64,000 nucleotides of DNA from Candidatus Scatocola faecigallinarum. GTDB taxonomy: Bacteria > Pseudomonadota > Alphaproteobacteria > RF32 > CAG-239. The position numbers and the translations under genes are program-made. Shown in pieces: positions 48,332 to 58,413 of this stretch. Within the stretch, counting starts at the first letter, position 1; every line of letters starts with the position of its first letter. The DNA lies in the NCBI GenBank assembly GCA_018713605.1, contig DVOM01000017.1, forward strand, positions 119 through 64,118, in the 5' to 3' direction. The notes under the pieces are model-generated. The model did not search any database. It was not told the DNA's origin and saw only the letters and a program-made list of their open reading frames with translations.

Positions 48332-49366
48332 TTAGGCAAAAGGCGCTAAACCTTTGCCAAAAACCGCGTCTTTTAACCGCTTCAGCGTTGCCTGAGCCGT
48401 TGGTCGTGCTTTGACGGCCCCGTCCTGCAGCATATCCTCGACCTCGCTGAAATGCGCCATATAATAATTGTATTTTTCGCGCGCATCTTTAATTTCGTTA
48501 ATGACAGCATCCAAGAGCATGTTCTTGATATGTCCGTAGCCGAGTTTTCCCTGCCGCAGTCCGTCGCCCATTTCCTGCAACTGAGCCGGCGTGGCGATGG
48601 ATTTGTAAATTTCGTAAACCAGAATTTCTTCCGGATTTTTAGGCTCTTCCATCGGACGGGAGTCTGTTTTGATGGAGAAAATCGCTTTTTTTATGGCCTT
48701 GTCGTCTTCAAAAAGCGGAATGACGTTGCCGTAGGATTTGCTCATTTTTCGGCCGTCAATGCCCGGAACGACGGCAACGTTTTCGTCAATGTAATAAGTC
48801 GGCAGATGCAGCAGCCGGCAGCCGTAATGCGCATTGATGGCGCCGGCGATGTCGCGGGCGATTTCCACATGCTGAACCTGATCCCTGCCGACCGGAACGA
48901 TGTCGGTATTAAAGGCCAGAATGTCGGTTGCCATTAGGGTAGGGTAGGTGTAAAGCCCCATGTTGATGCCGTCGTCGTCGGGCCTGTTGGCTTCGCGGTT
49001 TTTGTCGACGGCCGCCTTATAGGCGTGCGCTTTGTTCATGAAGCCTTTCGGCGTGTAAGCGTATAAGATGGTTGTAATTTCATGAATTTCCGGAATGTCC
49101 GATTGCCGATAGAAAACCGATTCTTTCGGATTCAGGCCGCCGGCGAGATAAATGCAGGCGATTTCCTTCAGCTTCTGGCTCAAAACTGCCGGGTCTTTTT
49201 CGGCGTTGATGGCATGATAATCAGCGATGAACATATAATGCCGGCCGCCGGCGGCCAGAGCTTCCCTGCCGAGCTTAATCGCCGGTTTGATGGCGCCGAG
49301 ATAATTGCCGAGATGCGGCGTCCCGGTCGGTTTGACGCCGGTTAAGATAACTTTCTTCTCAAACAT
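48332..49366 (-). CDS. trpS: tryptophan--tRNA ligase
   Basis: KPTG.PHLGNY, IADYHA, YPTLM, VPVGRDQ, KMSKS. Confidence 0.97.
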   Translation of the reverse strand: MFEKKVILTGVKPTGTPHLGNYLGAIKPAIKLGREALAAGGRHYMFIADYHAINAEKDPAVLSQKLKEIACIYLAGGLNPKESVFYRQSDIPEIHEITTILYAYTPKGFMNKAHAYKAAVDKNREANRPDDDGINMGLYTYPTLMATDILAFNTDIVPVGRDQVQHVEIARDIAGAINAHYGCRLLHLPTYYIDENVAVVPGIDGRKMSKSYGNVIPLFEDDKAIKKAIFSIKTDSRPMEEPKNPEEILVYEIYKSIATPAQLQEMGDGLRQGKLGYGHIKNMLLDAVINEIKDAREKYNYYMAHFSEVEDMLQDGAVKARPTAQATLKRLKDAVFGKGLAPFA

Positions 49367-49467
49367 TTTGTTTCTATTCCTTAATTTTTTATTGTATTTA
49401 TTTACAAAATTGATACTCTACCTGCAAATTTAAATCAATCAAAAACTATAAACTGGGACAGAAGAAA

Positions 49468-50757
49468 ATGTTGGATATTAAATATATTGCCGAGCACCCG
49501 GAAGAAATTAAGGACGGGCTGGCTAAAAAAGGTTATACCAAAGAAACGCTGGACGTAGATGCGCTGATTGCCTTGTACAGGGATATTGCGAAACTGAAAA
49601 CCTCGTCTCAGGCTCTGTCCGAAGAAAAAAACAAACTCAGCAATTCGATTAAATCCGCGTCGGCCGAAGAACGTCCGGCCATAATCGCCAAAAGCAAATC
49701 CGTCGGCGAAGAGCTGAAGGTCGAGCAGGAAAAGTTGGCTGCCGAGCAGGCCAAATTTGATGACATGATGCTGCGCATGCCGAACATGCCCAGCCCGGAA
49801 AGCCCGGTAGGCAAGGACGACAGTGAAAACGTCGTTCGCCGTAAAGTTGGCACGCCGCGCAATTTCGACTTTACGCCGCGCGACCATGTTGAGCTGATGG
49901 AACTTAATGACTGGAGCGAATTGGAGCGCATTACCAAAGTCTGCGGTTCCCGAACCTACGCCATAAAGAACGAATTGGCCAAACTTGAGCTTGCCATTCA
50001 TATGATGGTTATCGACAAGCTGGCCGCCAACGGTTTTACGGTTATTAACGTTCCGTCGATTTCCAAGGAAAGGCCGCTTTACGGACAGGGTTATCTGCCT
50101 TTTTCCCGTGACGAAATTTACTATATGCCCGAAGATGATATTTATCTTTCCGGCACGGCCGAACTGATATTAAACTCTCTGCGCGCCGACGAGCTGCTGA
50201 ACGAAAACGAACTGCCGATTCTTTATGCCGGTTTTTCGCCCTGTTTCCGCCGCGAAGCCGGTGCCGCGGGAAAGGATACCCGCGGCCTGACCCGTGTTCA
50301 CCAGTTTATGAAGACCGAACAGTTTGTCATCTGCAAAAATGACATCGCCGAAAGCGAAAAATGGCATCAGAAGCTGTTAGCCATTTCCGAAGAGGTTTTG
50401 CAGGATTTGGAACTGCCGTATCAGGTGCTGGAAGTCTGCACCGGCGACATGGGCGCGCCCAAGTACCGTCAGTACGATTTGGAAGCCTGGGTGCCGACTC
50501 AGAACTGTTACCGCGAAACGCACAGCTGTTCGAACATTACCGACTGGCAGGCTCGCCGCACCAATCTGCGCTATCGCGACAATGCCGACGGCAGGGTCAA
50601 ATATGCGTTCACGCTGAATAACACCGGCATTGCCACGCCGCGCGCGCTGGTTCCGTTTTTGGAAAACCATCAGCAGGCCGACGGTACGGTGCGGATTCCC
50701 GAAAAGCTGCAGCCTTATATGGGCGGCAGAAAATTCATCGGCAAAAATGCCCGTTAA
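49468..50757 (+). CDS. serS: serine--tRNA ligase
   Basis: MLDIK, GTAE, CFRREAG, RVHQF, YDLEAW, SCSN, LNNT. Confidence 0.97.
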   Translation: MLDIKYIAEHPEEIKDGLAKKGYTKETLDVDALIALYRDIAKLKTSSQALSEEKNKLSNSIKSASAEERPAIIAKSKSVGEELKVEQEKLAAEQAKFDDMMLRMPNMPSPESPVGKDDSENVVRRKVGTPRNFDFTPRDHVELMELNDWSELERITKVCGSRTYAIKNELAKLELAIHMMVIDKLAANGFTVINVPSISKERPLYGQGYLPFSRDEIYYMPEDDIYLSGTAELILNSLRADELLNENELPILYAGFSPCFRREAGAAGKDTRGLTRVHQFMKTEQFVICKNDIAESEKWHQKLLAISEEVLQDLELPYQVLEVCTGDMGAPKYRQYDLEAWVPTQNCYRETHSCSNITDWQARRTNLRYRDNADGRVKYAFTLNNTGIATPRALVPFLENHQQADGTVRIPEKLQPYMGGRKFIGKNAR

Positions 50758-50801
50758 AAGATTCAAGCCCGGTTCTGCCGGGTTTAACTTTCAAAAAAAC
50801 G

Positions 50802-51440
50802 ATGAAGAACGCCCTGAAAATTGTAGAATTTATGAAAACCGTCGAACAGCTTTGTCTGGTCGAACGCGACAATTTGATGAGTTCCGGCCGTCAGAAAACC
50901 GATGCAGACCATATTTTCAAACTGGCTTTTCTGGTGCTGATGATTCATCCGTATCTGAAAAGGCCGGCTGATTGTGCCAAAATGCTGGAATTGGCGCTGG
51001 TTCATGATTTGGTTGAAGCCCGCACCGGCGATTATTCTCTTTCGGCGCAGACGGCGCGCCCCGAATTGAAGGCACGCAAAAAAGCGGCCGAAAAAGAAGC
51101 GATTCTTTATTATCGTTCGGTTTTGCCGCCGCCCTTGAATGAACGGGTTTACGGCTTATTTATGGAATATGAGGCGCGTGAAACCCGCGAAGCGAAACTG
51201 GTCTGGATTCTTGACAAACTGGAGGCCAATCTGCAGGCTAACCGCTATCATGACGGCGACGTCCGTTATTGGGCTGACTGCGATAACGGTACCTGGTATT
51301 ATCAAAGCGCCGTTGCCAAAAAGCCGCAGATTGCGGAGCAGGAAGAAGAAATCCTGACCGAGCTGGAAGAAATCATCATCAACATTTCAAAGGAAAACAT
51401 GGAAAAATGCGGTATCCGAAGCTGCATGCGGACAAACTGA
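50802..51440 (+). CDS. HD domain phosphohydrolase (YfbR/HDDC2-like)
   Basis: ADH, ALVHDLVEA..GD, EYE, DKLE. Confidence 0.85.
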   Translation: MKNALKIVEFMKTVEQLCLVERDNLMSSGRQKTDADHIFKLAFLVLMIHPYLKRPADCAKMLELALVHDLVEARTGDYSLSAQTARPELKARKKAAEKEAILYYRSVLPPPLNERVYGLFMEYEARETREAKLVWILDKLEANLQANRYHDGDVRYWADCDNGTWYYQSAVAKKPQIAEQEEEILTELEEIIINISKENMEKCGIRSCMRTN

Positions 51441-52087
51441 AAATCGTAATCTTCGACTGGGACAACACGTTGGCCGAAACCCGGACGCCGCTGATTTATG
51501 CGGTTAACCGGGTTTTGAAGGAATATGGTTTGCCGGAATGGAAAGAAGTTAAGAAGCTGCGCGACAACAACCTGTCTTTCCGTGACAATTTTCCCCGTAT
51601 TTTCGGCAGTCGGGCAGATGAGGCCTATCGGAAATATGCCGAAATCTATCTTCGCAGCGTCGCCGGACTCATTTCAACCTTTGCCGGCACGCATGAGGTT
51701 CTGTCCTGGCTGAAACGCCGCCATGTCCGCCTGGCGATAATGACGAATAAGGACCGCCGCCTGCTTGAATTTGAACTGCCGCTTTTGTTTCGTCCGGATA
51801 TTTTTGACCGGGTGGTCTGCGGTCACGAGGCCCTGCACGACAAACCCTATCCCGAACACGCGTTGTATACCCTCAGAGGATTTGTCGAACCGGCGGACGT
51901 TTCGCCGGAAACGGTCTGGATTGTCGGCGACAGCCCGCAGGACAGTGTCTGCGCCTGTGCAGTCAATGCCCTGCCGATTCGTATAGGTCATCCGATATGG
52001 GGTGACGAGGAAGAATATGCCGAAAACATCCTGCATTATGACACGTTTTTGGATTTTTATCATGATTTGCAGGAAATCAGAGCTTAA
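51407..52087 (+). CDS. HAD family hydrolase (Gph-like)
   Basis: FDWDNTL, TNK, KP.P, VGDS..D. Confidence 0.88.
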   Translation: MRYPKLHADKLKIVIFDWDNTLAETRTPLIYAVNRVLKEYGLPEWKEVKKLRDNNLSFRDNFPRIFGSRADEAYRKYAEIYLRSVAGLISTFAGTHEVLSWLKRRHVRLAIMTNKDRRLLEFELPLLFRPDIFDRVVCGHEALHDKPYPEHALYTLRGFVEPADVSPETVWIVGDSPQDSVCACAVNALPIRIGHPIWGDEEEYAENILHYDTFLDFYHDLQEIRA

Positions 52088-52157
52088 TTAGCAAAATTTT
52101 AAGTTCCTGCGCCTTAAACTTTCCGCAAAAGTTTTCATCTTTTCGGGGGCGCCGGCT

Positions 52158-53735
52158 ATGAGCATAAACGAAGATTCCGACATTGATAACAAACGCATCG
52201 TCAATTATATTGTTGTTGCGGTGTTGGTTGTTGCGCTGCTGGCGCTCAACTGGTGCAGTTTGAAGAAATATCTGTCTTCCAACAGCGGGACGATTAACGA
52301 TTTTCAAATATCGGAGAGCGAAATGACCAAAACCAGAGAACCTGCCGTTGCCGGAATTTTTTACGCTTCCGAACTCCGCCAGCTGGACAGCGAGGTCGAG
52401 CACTATCTTTCTGCGGAAATCAGGCCGGGAACCGCGCGCCCAGAAATTCTGATCGTGCCGCATGCCGGCTATGTCTATTCGGCGCCGGTTGCCGCGCAGG
52501 CTTATCTGCAGCTGAAAAACTATGCCGGCAGAATAAAAAACGTCATCCTTGTCGGTCCGTCGCACCGTATGGCTTTCAAGGGCATTGCCGCAACGTCGGC
52601 CGATGAGTTCAAAACGCCGCTTGGCAAGGTACGGGTTAATCGTGAGCTGACGGACAGGATTGTCGCGGCCAACGCCGCCGTCCGCATTTTGGACGCCGCG
52701 CACCGTCAGGAACACAGTCTGGAGGTGCAACTGCCGTTTTTGCAGAAAGTTCTTGACCGGTTCAAAATCGTGCCGCTGGTTTACGGCGACGTTTCGGCCG
52801 AAGAACTGGCGCGGGTTTTGGAACCTTATGTAACCGACGCCGGTGCGGTTATCATCGTTTCTGCCGATTTGTCGCATTATTTCGATTATGACACCGCCCG
52901 TGTGCTTGATGGGAAAACCGCGGGACTGATTGAGCAAAATCGTCCCGAAATCGAAAATCATATGTCCTGCGGCGCAACCGGAATTAATGCGGCGCTGCTT
53001 CTGGCCGCCGAAAAACATCTTCGTCCGGAAACGCTGGAACTGGCCAATTCGGGAGACACCGTCGGCGATCGGGACAGCGTCGTCGGCTACGGCGCCTGGT
53101 CTTTTGCTGCCGAACCGGAGCCGGCTGTACCGGCCGGCCGGTTGGAGGCCGAGCTTGAAAACCTGCGCCGCTTCGCTTCTTTTTATGGCCGGGACTTATA
53201 TCAGATTGCCCGCCGCGCTCTCAGCGAAGCCGCAGAACACGGGCGGCGTTTTGAACCTTCGCGCGGCGATTGGCCGGACAAGCTGTTTGACAAGGGGGCC
53301 GCTTTTGTGACGCTGACGGTTAAGGATAGCCTTCGCGGCTGTATCGGTACGGTGGTGCCGTATCAGGCCGTAGCGTTGGATGTTGCCGCCAATGCTTATG
53401 AAGCCGCCATGGAAGACAGCCGCTTTCAGCCGGTAAAACCGGAAGAACTGCCCGGTATTGATATAGAAATTTCGCTGCTTACCGATTATGAGGAAATAGA
53501 TTTTGCCGACGAAAAGGAGCTGCTGACCAAAATCCGTCCCGGCGTTGACGGCCTGATTATCCGCGACGGCGACCGGCAGGGGCTGTTTTTGCCGTCCGTC
53601 TGGGAACAGCTGCCCGGCAGGCAGGACTTTTTGAACAATTTAAAATTAAAAGCCGGTATGAGTCCGACCTATTGGTCCGACAATATCAAGGTTTACCGAT
53701 TCAGAACTCTGGAGATAAAAGAAAATGAAAATTAA
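52158..53735 (+). CDS. amrB: AmmeMemoRadiSam protein B (Memo) fused to protein A (AMMECR1), with N-terminal TM
   Basis: PAVAG.FY, PHAGYVYS, EHSLEVQLPFLQ, SADLSHY; FVTL...LRGCIG, D.RF, LPSVW. Confidence 0.88.
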   Translation: MSINEDSDIDNKRIVNYIVVAVLVVALLALNWCSLKKYLSSNSGTINDFQISESEMTKTREPAVAGIFYASELRQLDSEVEHYLSAEIRPGTARPEILIVPHAGYVYSAPVAAQAYLQLKNYAGRIKNVILVGPSHRMAFKGIAATSADEFKTPLGKVRVNRELTDRIVAANAAVRILDAAHRQEHSLEVQLPFLQKVLDRFKIVPLVYGDVSAEELARVLEPYVTDAGAVIIVSADLSHYFDYDTARVLDGKTAGLIEQNRPEIENHMSCGATGINAALLLAAEKHLRPETLELANSGDTVGDRDSVVGYGAWSFAAEPEPAVPAGRLEAELENLRRFASFYGRDLYQIARRALSEAAEHGRRFEPSRGDWPDKLFDKGAAFVTLTVKDSLRGCIGTVVPYQAVALDVAANAYEAAMEDSRFQPVKPEELPGIDIEISLLTDYEEIDFADEKELLTKIRPGVDGLIIRDGDRQGLFLPSVWEQLPGRQDFLNNLKLKAGMSPTYWSDNIKVYRFRTLEIKENEN

Positions 53736-55437
53736 CGGTTATGAACTGAATGTCAGCGAAGATTTTCTTGATGATATTTTCGCGCACAAAACCCGCACGA
53801 TTGAACTGGTTAACAAAGACTTTCCCGGATACAGAAATCTGACCGAGGGCAATAAGAAGGCGCTTGAGCATTTGGTTGCTGCTGCCAAAATTTTCGACGA
53901 CGTGGCCATGGAACAGGATCACGAAATGAACCTGCCGATGAAAAAAGCGCTGGAAGAGGCCGCCAAAACCAGTACGCATGCCGCCAAGGCTCTCCGTCTG
54001 TTTATGTCTTTTCACGGTGTGGAGGGGCACAACGGCATAGATCTGGAGCCGATTGAAATTTTCAAAGGCATAAAGGGGAACAAGGGGCGCAATTTTTACC
54101 CTTCCGATTTAAGCGTCGACGAGTTTCATCAGATAATCGCCCGCATGATAAGCGAAGGCAGGATTGACGAAGTCAGAAAAATTCTGAGCGTTCGCACCAT
54201 GGTTCGCCGCGACGGCAAGGATTTAAAAGCGATTGACTATACCGAATATTTTGCCGATGCCTTTTCCAAAGCGGCCAATGAGCTGGAGGTTGCCGCCCAT
54301 TATACGACCGACGATGACTTTAAGGACTATCTTGGCTGGCAGGCTCAGGCTCTGTTGCAGAATAACGAAGATATGGACATGCTGGCAGATAAGCATTGGG
54401 CCGTTTTGCAGAACGATAACCAGCTGGAGTTCACGCTTGGCCGCGAGAGTTATGACGACGAGCTGACCGCCACCATCTACGACAATCCGGAACTGATGAA
54501 ACTGATTAACGAACATCAGATAGAAGTCAATCCCAAAGACATGCTCGGTGTCCGCGTCGGCATCATCAACAGGGAGGGTACCGGACTTATTCTCAAATTT
54601 AAGGAACATATGCCGGAACTGGCCAAACTGATGCCTTGGGCTGACCGCTACCATCAAAGCGTTTCCGACGGCGAGGAATTGAAGCAGACCATGGTTGACG
54701 TCGACCTCGTTGCCCTGACCGGCGACTATGCCCAGTGCCGCGGTGCCATAACGACGGCACAGAACCTGCCCAACAACGACAAACTGTCGATTAAGACCGG
54801 CGGCGGCCATCGCAATGCTTACCATCGCCAGGTGCGCAAATCGGTTGATGTCGAACGCAACCGCAAATTGCTGGAGAAACTGGTTGCACCCGAATTGCAC
54901 AGGTATTTTGACCTCGAAGCGGATCATCTTTTCGTCATCGGTCACGAAAACGGCCACTCGCTCGGGCCGGACAATGAATATCAGCGCGCGCTCGGCCTGC
55001 ATCGCAGCACCATCGAAGAAGAAAAGGCCGATACGGTTTCAATCGCTTTCATGCCCGAATATGTCAAGGCCGGCGTCATTGATGGGGAAACGCTGAAAAA
55101 GATTTATACCACCTGGGTCGTCTACCGGCTGTTTCTTAAGGCACAGCCGTTGGAAGCGCATCGTGTCGGCGAACTGATACATTTTAATTTCCTGCATGAC
55201 AACGGCGCATTTTATTTTGACGAAAACAACAAGCTGCACATAAACTTTGACCGGTTTCATGATGTCGTTTTTGCCATGTTGAAAGAAACCATAGAGGTTC
55301 AGCTGTCGAAATCGTCTGAAAAAGCCAAAGCTTTTATTGATAAATATACGAATTGGGGTAAACATTCGCAGTATATTGCAGAAGTCCAGAAAGAACTGGG
55401 CGTCAAAAACTATATTGTGATTAAGGATTATTTCTAA
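53725..55437 (+). CDS. peptidase M49-like (DPP III-related) Zn peptidase
   Basis: NFYP.D, E.YDDEL, AQNLPN, HENGHSLG, EEEKAD. Confidence 0.78.
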   Translation: MKINGYELNVSEDFLDDIFAHKTRTIELVNKDFPGYRNLTEGNKKALEHLVAAAKIFDDVAMEQDHEMNLPMKKALEEAAKTSTHAAKALRLFMSFHGVEGHNGIDLEPIEIFKGIKGNKGRNFYPSDLSVDEFHQIIARMISEGRIDEVRKILSVRTMVRRDGKDLKAIDYTEYFADAFSKAANELEVAAHYTTDDDFKDYLGWQAQALLQNNEDMDMLADKHWAVLQNDNQLEFTLGRESYDDELTATIYDNPELMKLINEHQIEVNPKDMLGVRVGIINREGTGLILKFKEHMPELAKLMPWADRYHQSVSDGEELKQTMVDVDLVALTGDYAQCRGAITTAQNLPNNDKLSIKTGGGHRNAYHRQVRKSVDVERNRKLLEKLVAPELHRYFDLEADHLFVIGHENGHSLGPDNEYQRALGLHRSTIEEEKADTVSIAFMPEYVKAGVIDGETLKKIYTTWVVYRLFLKAQPLEAHRVGELIHFNFLHDNGAFYFDENNKLHINFDRFHDVVFAMLKETIEVQLSKSSEKAKAFIDKYTNWGKHSQYIAEVQKELGVKNYIVIKDYF

Positions 55438-56820
55438 ATGTATTACAGCTTTTTCGAGATTTTTTCCATTGGCGTCGGTCCGTCGAGTTCGCATACCGTC
55501 GGCCCGATGCGTGCGGCCAAACGCTATATTGACAATCTGCACAAAAAAGAGCTTTTCGATAAGGTCGAGCGGGTTGAGGCAACCTTGTACGGCTCGCTGG
55601 CGCTGACCGGTTTCGGACATGGAACGGTCAAAGCGATTGTTTACGGTTTCATGGGGTTGGAAGCGGAAGCCATTGATCCCGAAAAGCCTTATGTTTCGGC
55701 CGTAGAACGCGACAAGATTCTCCATCTCGGCCAGGAACGCCCCATTCCGTTTGACATCGAAAAGGACGTGATTTTCGAAAAGCAGACTTTTCTGCCCGAA
55801 CATTCCAACGGCATGCGTTTCCGTGCCTATGACCGTGACGGAAATGTTTTGCTGGACGAAGTTTATTTTTCGGTCGGCGGCGGCACCATTGCCCGGCAGG
55901 ACGAAATCAGCCGCCGCGTCGAGCGCGAGCCTTATAAGGTTCCCTTTGACTACAGCTCGGCCGCCGAACTTCTCGAAATCTGCGAAAAGGAGGGGCTTTC
56001 GATTGCCGACGTGGTTCTGATTAACGAAGCGGCGCTCCGTCCGCACGATGAAGTAATGGAAGGAATTGGGAAAATCCACCGGGTTATGCAGGCCTCCATC
56101 GATCGCGGCATGAAAGCCAAAGGTACGCTTCCCGGAGGTCTGAACATTGAACGTCGCGCCCACGAAATTTACTGCCGTCTGGAGCAGAAGTTTCGCGACA
56201 ACGACTACGATCCGCTGCTGATGATAGACTGGATAAACCTCTGGGGCTTCGCCGTCGCGGAAGAAAACGCCGCCGGCGGTCAGGTCGTTACCGCGCCGAC
56301 CATGGGTTCCGCCGGAATTATCCCTGCCGTAATGCGCTATTTTGAACGTTTTGCTTCGCATAAGTCCTGCAATGCGGTTGAAGACGGCATTGTCAAATTT
56401 CTGCTGACCGCTTCCGGCATTTGCAGCCTTTACCGCTCCAATGCCTCGATTTCCGGCGCCGAAGTCGGTTGCCAGGGGGAAGTCGGCGTGGCATGCTCAA
56501 TGGCGGCGGCCGGTTTGGTGGCGGCCATGGGCGGAAGTTACAAACAGGTGGAAAACGCCGCAGAAATCGCCATGGAACACAATCTGGGGCTGACCTGCGA
56601 CCCGATAGGCGGTCTGGTGCAGATTCCCTGTATCGAACGCAATGCGATGGGTGCTGTCAAGGCAGTCAATTCGGCGCGAATAGCCATGAAAGGCGACGGT
56701 ACGCATTTCGTGCCGCTCGACGACGTGATTAAGACCATGCTGGACACCGGCCGCGACATGAATAACAAATATAAGGAAACCTCGCTCGGCGGTTTGGCCG
56801 TCAACGTCCCGAACTGCTGA
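55438..56820 (+). CDS. sdaA: L-serine ammonia-lyase (Fe-S, single chain)
   Basis: GPSSSHTVGPM, GSLALTG, SGAEVGCQGE, GLTCDP, PCIERN. Confidence 0.96.
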   Translation: MYYSFFEIFSIGVGPSSSHTVGPMRAAKRYIDNLHKKELFDKVERVEATLYGSLALTGFGHGTVKAIVYGFMGLEAEAIDPEKPYVSAVERDKILHLGQERPIPFDIEKDVIFEKQTFLPEHSNGMRFRAYDRDGNVLLDEVYFSVGGGTIARQDEISRRVEREPYKVPFDYSSAAELLEICEKEGLSIADVVLINEAALRPHDEVMEGIGKIHRVMQASIDRGMKAKGTLPGGLNIERRAHEIYCRLEQKFRDNDYDPLLMIDWINLWGFAVAEENAAGGQVVTAPTMGSAGIIPAVMRYFERFASHKSCNAVEDGIVKFLLTASGICSLYRSNASISGAEVGCQGEVGVACSMAAAGLVAAMGGSYKQVENAAEIAMEHNLGLTCDPIGGLVQIPCIERNAMGAVKAVNSARIAMKGDGTHFVPLDDVIKTMLDTGRDMNNKYKETSLGGLAVNVPNC

Positions 56821-56906
56821 CGCGGAACAACTTGCAGAATTTGCTTGCTAATCGGTGCAAAATGGCTTTTAATCCGGTTAATGGATAAATAACCGGAGTT
56901 TTGATA

Positions 56907-57275
56907 ATGTTTAAAAAACTGCTCGACGGAGAACTCAGCCTGAAAGACACGTTCTGGAAGTTTGGCGTTGTCGGTCTGGTCTTTGTCAATATGCTGGTTC
57001 GCATTTTCGGTTCCATGCTGGCTCAGAAACTCAACGGCATAACAATCCTCAACTATTACCGTACATATTTTAACCCGCTTAAAATGGACAGCGGCATGGT
57101 TTTGCTGACGGTGCTGTATCTGGTTTCGCTGGGCATTTTGCTTTTTTACTGCGTAACCGTTGTTCTGGGGACATGGCGCTCTTCGGCACAGTATGACCGC
57201 AGCCTGTGGCTCCGCCATCTTTCGCGCTTTTTGATTCTGGTTATGGTTTTTTATTCTGTCCGTTCGTTGTTTTAA
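56907..57275 (+). CDS. hypothetical membrane protein
   Basis: GELSL..TFW...G.WRS pattern, 3 TM; GGAG RBS. Confidence 0.7.
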   Translation: MFKKLLDGELSLKDTFWKFGVVGLVFVNMLVRIFGSMLAQKLNGITILNYYRTYFNPLKMDSGMVLLTVLYLVSLGILLFYCVTVVLGTWRSSAQYDRSLWLRHLSRFLILVMVFYSVRSLF

Positions 57276-57287
57276 GGGTTTGTTCCG

Positions 57288-57443
57288 ATGAAAAAATTGA
57301 TTTTGCTGGTTTGCTTTTTTCTGCTGTTTGGCTGTAAGGTCGGCGAGTTTCCCGAAAATCGCAACCGTCTGCACGAATTGGGGCATGAAAAAAACTTTTG
57401 CCAGAAGTCCCCGGAGCGTTGCGTCGACGGCGTGCAATGGTAA
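57288..57443 (+). CDS. small lipoprotein, 51 aa (not in the ORF track)
   Basis: MKKLILLVCFFLLFGC lipobox; terminator hairpin at 57449-57479. Confidence 0.7.
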   Translation: MKKLILLVCFFLLFGCKVGEFPENRNRLHELGHEKNFCQKSPERCVDGVQW

Positions 57444-57495
57444 TTCACAAAAAAACCGTCCGAATCCGGACGGTTTTTATTTTGCCTGAGAAGCT

Positions 57496-58314
57496 TTAGT
57501 CTATATTAACCACAATACCCTGATTGAGGATAAACTCCGGCGTTTTGCCGTTGAACGAATTGTATTTTCTAACCAGTTCTTCCGCTTCGGGGTCACGTTT
57601 GGGCTGCGTTGTACGGCAGGCATTGTTTTTGGCACGCGGCTGTCTTCCGGTTCTGGCCTCAATGGCCTGCGCGTTGCGTTCGGCTTCCTGTTCCTTGGTC
57701 TTGTCGACCTTAATTTCTTCCGGCGCTTTCAGAATCTTGTCCAGAACGCCCTGAGTCTCGCGCGAACGGCGGTTGGTATAGACAATGTTCTGTTTGTCGG
57801 CCGGCAGCATTTCGAGAATTTTTTCCAGATTCGGCAGCTGTTTCTGTTTTTTTATCAGGTTAATGTCATCTACGACCAGAATATTGGTTTTGGACAGGTC
57901 GACACGGCCTTCGGCGGCAATGTCCAGCAGCAGGTCCGGCGAACCGATGATGACATTGGCTTCGTTGTCGATGTCTTCGTCACGGTCCTTAATTGTTGCC
58001 TCGTTGATTTCGTGATATTTGTTAAAAACGGCCAGGCGGTCGGAAACTTTGACCGATTGTGCCGAATCCGGCGTGACAATCAGAATGTTTTTGCCGCTGC
58101 TGCCCTTGTCGGAATTGTTGCTGCTGATGATGTCAATCAGCGGAAAGACGTAGGACATGGTTTTGCCGCAGCCGGCCGGTGCAATCGTAAAAACGTCCTT
58201 GCCTTGCAGAATTGAAGGAATGACGTCGGTTTGTACGGTCGTCGGCTCTTTGATGCCAAATTCATCGATAGCCTGAATGGTTTTTTCGCTCAGGCCCAAA
58301 TCTGAAAAATTCAT
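57496..58314 (-). CDS. truncated, degenerate DEAD-box helicase homolog
   Basis: F.DLGLS, Q motif PT.VQ, GCGKT; VDDIN in place of DEAD; no second RecA domain. Confidence 0.78.
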   Translation of the reverse strand: MNFSDLGLSEKTIQAIDEFGIKEPTTVQTDVIPSILQGKDVFTIAPAGCGKTMSYVFPLIDIISSNNSDKGSSGKNILIVTPDSAQSVKVSDRLAVFNKYHEINEATIKDRDEDIDNEANVIIGSPDLLLDIAAEGRVDLSKTNILVVDDINLIKKQKQLPNLEKILEMLPADKQNIVYTNRRSRETQGVLDKILKAPEEIKVDKTKEQEAERNAQAIEARTGRQPRAKNNACRTTQPKRDPEAEELVRKYNSFNGKTPEFILNQGIVVNID

Positions 58315-58413
58315 TGTACTTCTTCTCTTTAAATATTGGTTTATATTGTTTTTTTAGATACTATGTATTTTATAAAGCCTAGTCAACCCCAAATGAAAAC
58401 AAGGACGGATAAG

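Noticed and set aside
22317-56361. Long antisense ORFs (e.g. 22317-23237, 26307-27191, 32481-33290, 52077-53018, 55039-56361)
   Set aside because: Shadow frames of GC-rich conserved genes with no motifs.
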